Source: an uncultured Gammaproteobacteria bacterium (GTDB lineage: Bacteria; Pseudomonadota; Gammaproteobacteria; UBA9214). From it: 16,309 nt of DNA. The notes under the pieces are model-generated. The model saw only the letters and a list, made by a program, of their open reading frames with translations. It was not told where the DNA came from and made no database searches. The number at the start of each line of letters is the position of its first letter. Position 1 is the first letter of the stretch. The translations under genes were made by a program, and so were the position numbers. Location of the stretch: assembly GCA_963827755.1 (NCBI GenBank), contig CAWHCQ010000022.1, forward strand, positions 1 through 16,309, given 5' to 3'. Positions 1 through 6,267 of the stretch are shown here, one piece after another.

Positions 1-1110
1 AATGAATGCCGCATCGCGAAACCAGAACCGTTTGTAGGTATAGGGTCCGGGATAGACATCTTCCGGCGAGTGCAGGACCAGGGTCCGCAAGGCCGCGTCA
101 TAGAGGAACTGCAGCCGCTCGTCCGGCAGACTGAGCCGGCAAATCCCCTGCAGGGCCCCGTCCCACGCGTTGCCGACGAGCGGTGGCAGACGTTGCGCTT
201 CCGGCAGAGAAATATCCGCCTCTATTTCACGGGATTGGCCGGCTTCAAGTCGAAACAATGCCGCCGCGGTGACCATGCCCACGTCACAAACACCCTCGAG
301 CTGGTCTTCCCGGTCGCGCAGATGAATCGCCACATCGCCGCCACGGTAATCGGAAACATGGTGGCGCTCGGCCGGCGCGCTGAATGTGAGGGCGGCTTGC
401 CCGTCGATCGTCCAGGCGTTGCGCGCCGGTGACAGGACCACCTGGTGAATGAAACTGATGCCCTCCGCATTACAGGGACGCAAGGCCAGCACCAGCCAGC
501 CGCCAGTGTCACTGACGGCGTCGAGTGTCAACCGGCAGACCGGCACGCCGGCATCGAGCTGGACACTGGCATGATTACGCAGGCTCATCCCGCCCTGACG
601 CGTTGTTGTGCTCACGGCGAGGCCGTTGTGCAGGTCCAGCTGCTGCTTGCTGGATTGTGCCCGCGACGGCAGCAGCAACCGGCCGTCATCGGTGAGCAGC
701 CAGCTGTCCAGGGACCAGCCGTCGAACCAGGGTGTGAGCAAGCCCCGCGGGTCGACAATCGGTAATTCCTCGCAATCCGGCCAGCCGACGGCCGTCCAGT
801 TGCGATGCGTGAGATTGACATGGGTAATGGAAAAGGCGCGCGGGACAAAGGCATCATCCTCGGGGTCGAACTGGCGTTCGATCCAGAACGGCCAGACCCA
901 GTCAAGGTTGTGCTGGATCACGCGGCTGTTGATCAGCCCGCGCGCATGGAACACCACACCGGCACGCAGCAGTTCGACCGGTTCACCCACCTCGGAGGGC
1001 TGGGCGAAGCGGTGCAGGCGCGCCAGCAGCGCGATTGGATCCAGGAAGCCGTGCGCGCGGGCGATGCGGCGAATCATGAACCGCCAGGGCAGCCATTTCA
1101 GCCAGGGCAT
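1..1110 (-). CDS. Large conserved-looking hypothetical protein, probable six-hairpin (alpha/alpha)6 glycosidase-like enzyme; 3'-truncated by the window edge
   Basis: Not in the ORF track because it has no stop inside the window. My manual translation from ATG at 1110-1108 is open for 370 codons: MPWLKWLPWRFMIRRIARAHGFLDPIALLARL...LHSPEDVYPGPYTYKRFWFRDAAFI. The start overlaps the upstream gene's stop (TGATG). YKRFWFRD resembles the YxxxWxRD motif of GH15/GH63-like barrels. The plus-strand ORFs 70-432, 445-765 and 805-1170 are its codon-register shadows. The CDS is well supported; the product call is tentative. Confidence 0.8.
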   Translation of the reverse strand, partial: MPWLKWLPWRFMIRRIARAHGFLDPIALLARLHRFAQPSEVGEPVELLRAGVVFHARGLINSRVIQHNLDWVWPFWIERQFDPEDDAFVPRAFSITHVNLTHRNWTAVGWPDCEELPIVDPRGLLTPWFDGWSLDSWLLTDDGRLLLPSRAQSSKQQLDLHNGLAVSTTTRQGGMSLRNHASVQLDAGVPVCRLTLDAVSDTGGWLVLALRPCNAEGISFIHQVVLSPARNAWTIDGQAALTFSAPAERHHVSDYRGGDVAIHLRDREDQLEGVCDVGMVTAAALFRLEAGQSREIEADISLPEAQRLPPLVGNAWDGALQGICRLSLPDERLQFLYDAALRTLVLHSPEDVYPGPYTYKRFWFRDAAFI

Positions 1111-1829
1111 CACGACCCTGCTTCCCCACCCTCTTGCGTATACCTGGCGAGGGCGCGGCGCGCAATGTGATTGAGATAGATGATCAGCACCACGGTGGCG
1201 ACAAAGCCCGCGCCATACAGCCCCCATTCGAGCGCGCTGCGCTCCGTGCTGCGCGCCCCGGCGAGGCTGATGTCGGCGGCAATGGAGCCGAGATAGGCAT
1301 TGTGCAGGGAGAACGGGATGATGCCGACGAAGGTGCCGGCTGTGAAATCCCGCAGCGTGAAGGGTGTCAGTCCGAAAAAGTAATTGGACAGTTTGAAGGG
1401 AAAGAACGGCACCAGCCGCGTCAGCAGCACGATCTTCCAGCCCCGGGATGCGAGCTCCCCGGTGACCAGTTGCAGTTTGGCATGTCGCAGAATGTAGTGC
1501 GCGGCCCGTTCACCGAGCAGATGACGCGCGGCCAGAAAGGCCACCACTGCGCCCAGCGTCGTCCCGATCACGACACAAGCGGCGCCCTCGACCACGCCGA
1601 ACACAAAACCGGCACCGGTGGTAAACAACACGCCCGGAAGCAGGAATACCACCACGAGCATCATCAGCACAATGAACAGCACCGGCCCCCAGAGGCCTTG
1701 CGCATCCAGCCAGTCGAGCAGCCGCAGCACTTCCTCGTGGGCGTCGAAATACACCAGTACGGCAACCAGCACCGTAATGAACAGGATGCTGAAGATGAAG
1801 AGACGAAGAATGGATGCTTGCCTGGCCAT
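1110..1829 (-). CDS. TVP38/TMEM64 (DedA superfamily, SNARE-associated VTT domain) membrane protein
   Basis: 239 aa and highly hydrophobic. Family motifs LPGVLFTTGAGFVFG, GTTLGAVVAFLAAR and LLTRLVPFFPFKLSNYFFGLT...GTFVGIIP are present. Confidence 0.92.
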   Translation of the reverse strand: MARQASILRLFIFSILFITVLVAVLVYFDAHEEVLRLLDWLDAQGLWGPVLFIVLMMLVVVFLLPGVLFTTGAGFVFGVVEGAACVVIGTTLGAVVAFLAARHLLGERAAHYILRHAKLQLVTGELASRGWKIVLLTRLVPFFPFKLSNYFFGLTPFTLRDFTAGTFVGIIPFSLHNAYLGSIAADISLAGARSTERSALEWGLYGAGFVATVVLIIYLNHIARRALARYTQEGGEAGS

Positions 1830-1997
1830 GCTTGCGCTTGTGGAGTGTACTCCTTGCGGTGACCGCCAGCAGACAGCATAACAGACTGTTCAAGCCTGTA
1901 GCCTGTGGCGGTACTGCAGTGGTCTTATCCGCGCGCCATGTGGCCGACCCTGTTCAGTTATACGCGAACAGGCTGCGGCACAGGGCGCCGACTGTGA

Positions 1998-2843
1998 CTA
2001 GAACTTCTGCGGAATGAAGCGCCTGCCCTCGAGCGAGGCCTTGTCATCGTACCTGTTCTGCGGGTCCCGCTTGCCCAGCTTCACCCTGTCACGGGGCAAG
2101 GCCTTGTAGGGGATCTGGCCGAGCAGGTGGGTGATGCAGTTCAGGCGTGCACGCTTTTTGCTGTCGGAGGGCACGATGTACCAGGGTGCGGCATCCGTAT
2201 CGGTGGCCACGAACATGGCATCCCTGGCACGTGAATAGTCATACCAGCGGTTGTAGGATTGCGTATCCATCGGGCTCAGCTTCCAGATCTTGCGATCATC
2301 ATCGATACGGTCCTGGAAGCGGCGTTGCTGCTCATCCATGCTCACATCGAACCAGTACTTGATAAGGATAATGTCATTGTCGATGATTGTCTGCTCGAAC
2401 GCCGGCACCATCTTGAGAAAGCGGCGGTACTCGTGGTCGGTGCAAAAACCCATCACGCGCTCGACCCCGGCGCGGTTGTACCAGCTGCGATCGAAGAGGA
2501 CGATCTCCCCTCCGGCCGGGAAATGTTTTATATAGCGTTGCACATACATCTGGGTCTTTTCGCGGTCCGTCGGCGCCGGCAGGGCAACCACCTTGAATAC
2601 CCGCGGACTGACCCGCTCCGTGATGCGCTTGATGACACCGCCCTTGCCCGCCGCATCGCGGCCCTCGAAGACGACGATGACTTTCGCACCTGTTTCTTTC
2701 ACCCAGAACTGCAGCTTGACGAGTTCGCTGTGCAGTTTCTCCAACTGCTTTTCGTAGTCCTTGCCGGAGAGCTTCTCCGGCTTGTTGCCACGTGACTTTC
2801 CTGCCTGTTTTTCTGCGCTGGATTTTTTATCCTTTTTTGCCAT
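1998..2843 (-). CDS. ppk2: Polyphosphate kinase 2, single-domain (probably class I)
   Basis: 281 aa with Walker A EGRDAAGKG, Walker B region LFDRSWYNRAGVERVMGF and the WKLSPMD motif. Lys-rich N-terminus; purine-rich AAGAGGGCAGG lies upstream of the ATG. Confidence 0.96.
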   Translation of the reverse strand: MAKKDKKSSAEKQAGKSRGNKPEKLSGKDYEKQLEKLHSELVKLQFWVKETGAKVIVVFEGRDAAGKGGVIKRITERVSPRVFKVVALPAPTDREKTQMYVQRYIKHFPAGGEIVLFDRSWYNRAGVERVMGFCTDHEYRRFLKMVPAFEQTIIDNDIILIKYWFDVSMDEQQRRFQDRIDDDRKIWKLSPMDTQSYNRWYDYSRARDAMFVATDTDAAPWYIVPSDSKKRARLNCITHLLGQIPYKALPRDRVKLGKRDPQNRYDDKASLEGRRFIPQKF

Positions 2844-2870
2844 TGACCTGCCCTCTTGTGAAAAACGCCA

Positions 2871-4010
2871 TCATGTCCGGGGTCCGCCGTGCGGTTGAAG
2901 ATCAGGCGGACAGCATTCCGCGTAGGTCGGCACGCCGGAGCGGCGTTCATACCAGCCGCGCGTGCGGTTGACCACACCCACGGCGAGCAGCATCACCGGC
3001 ACCTCGATCAGTACGCCGACAACCGTTGCCAGTGCGGCACCGGACTCGAAGCCGAACAGCGCAATGGCGGTCGCCACAGCCAGCTCGAAAAAGTTACTCG
3101 CGCCGATCAGGGCGGAAGGGCCGGCGACACAATGCGGGGATTTTACGGCACGGTTGAGCAGATAGGCCAGCCCCGAGTTGAAGAACACCTGGATCAGGAT
3201 CGGCACCGCCAGCAGGGCGATAATCAGCGGCTGGGCGATTATCTGTTCGCCCTGAAAGCCGAACAGCAGCACCAGGGTGGCAAGCAGTGCCGCAAGCGAC
3301 AGCGGGTGCAGGCGCTCAAGCACCCGTTGCAGGCGCAGATATCCGTGTTCGCCCTTGAGCAGCGCGCTGCGCCACATGTTGGCGATCACCAGCGGCACCA
3401 CGATATAGACCAGCACCGACAGCAACAGCGTATCCCATGGCACAATGATGGCCGACAGGCCAAGCAGCAGCCCGACGATGGGGGCAAAGGCGAAGATCAT
3501 GATGACGTCGTTGAGCGCCACCTGCGACAGGGTGAAATGCGGCTCCCCGTTCGACAGGTTACTCCACACGAACACCATGGCGGTGCAAGGCGCGGCGGCA
3601 AGAATGATGAGGCCCGCAATGTAACTGTCGATCTGCTCCGCCGGCAGCCACGTCCGAAACAGCCCGCCGATGAACAACCAGGCGAGCAGCGCCATGGAAA
3701 ACGGTTTTACCGCCCAGTTGACAAACAGCGTCACGCCGACACCGCGCCAGTGCGCGCGTACGCCTTTAAGCGCACGCAGGTCGACCTTGAGCAGCATGGG
3801 GATGATCATCAGCCAGACCAGCACCGCCACCGGCAGGTTGACCCGTGCCACCTCCAGACCGCCGATGGCCTGGAATGCGCCGTCGAAGAAATGACCGAGG
3901 GAAATACCGGCGACGATGCACAGGGCAACCCAGAGGGTCAGGTAGCGTTCGAAAAAGCCCATCGCGCTGCCCGTTGCCTGTTTGGCCGTTGCTTCACATT
4001 GTACGCTCAC
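2871..4010 (-). CDS. acr3: ACR3-family arsenite efflux transporter
   Basis: Motifs [47 protein letters not shown] and [12 protein letters not shown]. The real start is probably GTG at 4010 (379 aa), which overlaps the arsC stop (GTGA) and has AGGAG upstream. The track's 4178 start lies inside arsC. Confidence 0.96.
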   Translation of the reverse strand: MSVQCEATAKQATGSAMGFFERYLTLWVALCIVAGISLGHFFDGAFQAIGGLEVARVNLPVAVLVWLMIIPMLLKVDLRALKGVRAHWRGVGVTLFVNWAVKPFSMALLAWLFIGGLFRTWLPAEQIDSYIAGLIILAAAPCTAMVFVWSNLSNGEPHFTLSQVALNDVIMIFAFAPIVGLLLGLSAIIVPWDTLLLSVLVYIVVPLVIANMWRSALLKGEHGYLRLQRVLERLHPLSLAALLATLVLLFGFQGEQIIAQPLIIALLAVPILIQVFFNSGLAYLLNRAVKSPHCVAGPSALIGASNFFELAVATAIALFGFESGAALATVVGVLIEVPVMLLAVGVVNRTRGWYERRSGVPTYAECCPPDLQPHGGPRT

Positions 4011-4435
4011 GCACTCTCCTCCCGTTGAATTCGCTGCAGCAATGCGGTTACCCGCTGTTTTATCTCGTCCCGGCTGGCCCTGAAGACCTGCATGATCTCG
4101 TCCTCGCTTCCGCTTGCCTTCGCCGGGTCTTCCAGTGGCCAGTGTTCTTTTCTGCTGCCCGCCGGCAAGACCGGACAATGCTCATCGGCATGGCCGCAGA
4201 CCGTCACGACCAGATCGGCGGCCTTCAGCATGGCGTCATCAACCCGCGTGGATTCCTGTGCCGAGATGTCGATACCGGCCTCCTGCATCACGGCAATCGC
4301 GCGCGGGTTCTTGCCATGCGCCTCGATGCCTGCGGATTGAACGCATACGCCGTCGCCTGCCAGCGCCCGGGCCCAGCCTTCCGCCATTTGCGAGCGACAG
4401 GAATTACCGGTACACAGAAACAGGATATTCGTCAT
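4007..4435 (-). CDS. arsC: Arsenate reductase, LMW-PTPase fold, thioredoxin-coupled type
   Basis: P-loop CTGNSCRS, resolving pair in [12 protein letters not shown], and HWPLEDPA. Start reassigned to ATG at 4435 (142 aa), which overlaps the upstream stop as ATGA. Confidence 0.95.
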   Translation of the reverse strand: MTNILFLCTGNSCRSQMAEGWARALAGDGVCVQSAGIEAHGKNPRAIAVMQEAGIDISAQESTRVDDAMLKAADLVVTVCGHADEHCPVLPAGSRKEHWPLEDPAKASGSEDEIMQVFRASRDEIKQRVTALLQRIQREESA

Positions 4436-4875
4436 GGACAGCAACTCCCGGCCCCGATATCCGGGACACAACAACCCCGGGCCGGCGTCTCTGCAGCGGA
4501 CTCGTTGAAGGTTGGAATACTGTCGAGCGTGTGAAAGGCCTCCCAGGCAATCCCCTGCGGGTCGAGGCTCCAGTATTTGTCGGAACGCGCATAACAGCAG
4601 GCCGCGCCGGTTTGTTCACGCCCGGCAATCCCGGCAGCGTCCAGTCTTGCCTGCAATGCTTCGAGTTCTTCCGCACTCTCTGCCTGGATACCGACGTGGT
4701 CGAGGCCCGTACGGCGCGCACGCGTTGATATCGCGAAGTTGACCGCCGGACTGGCGAGGTCCCACTTGGCGTAGTCGTTCTTGACAACAGCCGGGTCTGC
4801 GCCGAACAAGGCGGAATAAAAACGGATATTCTGCTCGAGGTCATCGACCGCGATGTGAACATGCAAGCGACTCAT
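4432..4875 (-). CDS. arsI: ArsI/CadI-family VOC (glyoxalase-fold) metalloenzyme, putative C-As lyase
   Basis: 147 aa with candidate metal ligands H5, H60 and E112 and a vicinal Cys pair in C93-C94-YARSDKYW, as in characterised ArsI. It lies inside an ars operon and has GGAG upstream of the ATG. Confidence 0.85.
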   Translation of the reverse strand: MSRLHVHIAVDDLEQNIRFYSALFGADPAVVKNDYAKWDLASPAVNFAISTRARRTGLDHVGIQAESAEELEALQARLDAAGIAGREQTGAACCYARSDKYWSLDPQGIAWEAFHTLDSIPTFNESAAETPARGCCVPDIGAGSCCP

Positions 4876-4893
4876 AGTATTCTCCGGTGGCGT

Positions 4894-5247
4894 TCAGGCA
4901 CAGCAGCTCGCGCCCGGCCGGTTCGGCATCCCGGCAAGCAGCTGTGCGTCGTCTTTGTAGGGTGACAAACCCGCCACCCCGTCGAGCGTGGAACCCAGTA
5001 CCGTCTGCATCCACGCCTGCAGACCGGGGTGCAGCCGGTAGTACATCCAGCGGCCCGCGCGCCGGGTCTGTACCAGTCCCGCTTCGCGCATTTGCCCGAG
5101 ATGACGCGAGATCTTCGGCTGGGACAGCGCCAGTGCCTGGGTCAGCTCGCAGACACAGAGTTCGCCCTGCCCCTGCAACAGCATGCAGATGCGCAGCCGC
5201 GTGGGATCGGCCAGCATCTGGAAGAAGGGTTCCGCTTCGGTCTGCAC
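4894..5247 (-). CDS. arsR: ArsR/SmtB-family arsenic-responsive repressor
   Basis: FQMLADPTRLRI, ELCVCEL metal box, SQPKISRHL helix-turn-helix, RRAGRWMYYRL wing and C-terminal SCCA. I prefer the GTG start at 5247 (117 aa) because the track's 5283 start lies in the predicted promoter. The start is uncertain. Confidence 0.92.
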   Translation of the reverse strand: MQTEAEPFFQMLADPTRLRICMLLQGQGELCVCELTQALALSQPKISRHLGQMREAGLVQTRRAGRWMYYRLHPGLQAWMQTVLGSTLDGVAGLSPYKDDAQLLAGMPNRPGASCCA

Positions 5248-5254
5248 GGCACAC

Positions 5255-5291
5255 AATATACGCCACAGCATATATATGTTCAAGCATATAT
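5255..5291 (-). promoter_or_regulatory. sigma70-type ars promoter overlapped by two ArsR operator-like inverted repeats
   Basis: Minus strand TTGAAC (5283-5278), 17 nt spacer, TATATT (5260-5255). Dyads ATATACG-N6-CATATAT (5256-5275) and ATATATG-N6-CATATAT (5272-5291) form an AT-rich island directly upstream of arsR. Confidence 0.75.
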
Positions 5292-5376
5292 GTGCTGCAT
5301 AAAACGGGTGTTTTGCTGCCCGCTGTCAGGGGTTATTCGAACCCGTGCTGCCTGCAACGACAGCGTGCAGGGCTAC

Positions 5377-5973
5377 CTAGTCGGGCTTGTCGGGGTGCGC
5401 GACCTTTTCACCGGCCAGCACGCGTCCCTGACCGGCGGGTTTTTCGACAAGACTCTCAGCCGTGGCGTCCGTTGCCGGAGCAATTGCCGGGTACTGGCGC
5501 GCCCGGATTCCGTAGCCCAGCAATGCACCGCCGGTCGCCGACACGGCCAGCAGGCCGAGTGTCATGAACTGGGTAAACAACAGCAGCACACCCAGCCCGG
5601 CAATGCCCGTCATCGCCGCCCCCAGTTTCAGTGTCGAGCGGGTCTGCAAACGCCTGCTTTCACGCAGCACCTGCTGGTGACTGTTCCTGATCTCTTTGGT
5701 TTTCTCCTTGTCGGCCTTCAGGCGGATGCGGTCACGCTGGCGGTTGAATTTTTCACTGGCCCGGACATAGGAATGCTGGCTGGCATGGCCGGCAATCGCG
5801 GAAAACCAGAGCGCGGCAATCACTCCGATGAGCAGGCCGAGTGCGCCGATCAGCCAGCCGCTCCTTTGCAAATCGGCATCCTGCGCTGTAATCAGCAACA
5901 AGGCCGTCGCCCCCTGCAGCAGGAAAATCCCGGCCAGAAATTTGATAAACGTCAGAAGACTGAATGGTGTCAT
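5377..5973 (-). CDS. Hypothetical membrane protein: 2 TM, basic coiled coil, Gly-rich 2-TM hairpin
   Basis: Hydrophobic segments FLAGIFLLQGATALLLITA, WLIGALGLLIGVIAALWF and LGAAMTGIAGLGVLLLF...GLLAVSATGGALLGY flank the charged helix SEKFNRQRDRIRLKADKEKTKEIR. Likely start is ATG at 5973 (198 aa) with GAGGCAGGG upstream. Confidence 0.8.
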   Translation of the reverse strand: MTPFSLLTFIKFLAGIFLLQGATALLLITAQDADLQRSGWLIGALGLLIGVIAALWFSAIAGHASQHSYVRASEKFNRQRDRIRLKADKEKTKEIRNSHQQVLRESRRLQTRSTLKLGAAMTGIAGLGVLLLFTQFMTLGLLAVSATGGALLGYGIRARQYPAIAPATDATAESLVEKPAGQGRVLAGEKVAHPDKPD

Positions 5974-6014
5974 CGCCCTGCCTCGCGTGTGCCTGTACAG
6001 GCATTCTGCCACTT

Positions 6015-6184
6015 GCCGGAGCGGATCGCACCCGCAACGATATGCCGGCCTGCACCGCTATCGCGCTTGAGAAGCGCTCCTGCAACGATCATCAACACCT
6101 GTAGGAGCGGATCTAATCCGCGACGCATCGCGTTCCTGCAACGATCATCAACACCTGTAGGAGCGGATCTAATCCGCGACGCAT
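6015..6184. repeat. Cluster of GTAG-type REP elements including a 56-bp-period tandem duplication
   Basis: GTAGGAGCGGATCTAATCCGCGA at 6101-6123 and 6157-6179, a degenerate forward copy at 6015-6037 and an inverted variant at 6061-6083. Identical 51-nt blocks occur at 6078-6128 and 6134-6184. Confidence 0.85.
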
Positions 6185-6267
6185 GCCGTCAGCAACCCCG
6201 GAAGCATCCCTGCAGCAGGCATAACTGATGTATATTAGAGTTCTGACAACACCTGTCCCTGCACACC

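Noticed and set aside
70-1174. Plus-strand ORFs 70-432, 445-765, 608-1174 and 805-1170 as real genes
   Set aside because: All are explained by the uninterrupted minus-strand CDS at 1-1110.
2889-4028. 379-aa plus-strand ORF, and similar ORFs at 1134-1862, 2259-2795 and 14665-15360
   Set aside because: Antisense shadows of acr3, TVP38, ppk2 and thrS, as expected at high GC.
4011-4178. 56-aa N-terminal extension of Acr3 in the ORF track
   Set aside because: It lies wholly within arsC in another frame. GTG at 4010 has an RBS and a stop-start overlap.
5376-5400. Possible att copy of the tRNA-Pro 3' end (TTGTCGGGGTG versus TGGTCGGGGCG)
   Set aside because: The match is short, has mismatches and lies inside a CDS. 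Consistent with chance.
6078-6184. Mini CRISPR array (palindromic repeats at regular spacing)
   Set aside because: The intervening sequences are identical rather than unique spacers, the repeat is a GTAG REP also found inverted at 13.4 kb, and there are no cas genes.
5029-6228. 399-aa plus-strand ORF spanning arsR, the membrane gene and the REP cluster
   Set aside because: It is antisense to two better-supported genes and reads through an operator and repeats. No domain features.
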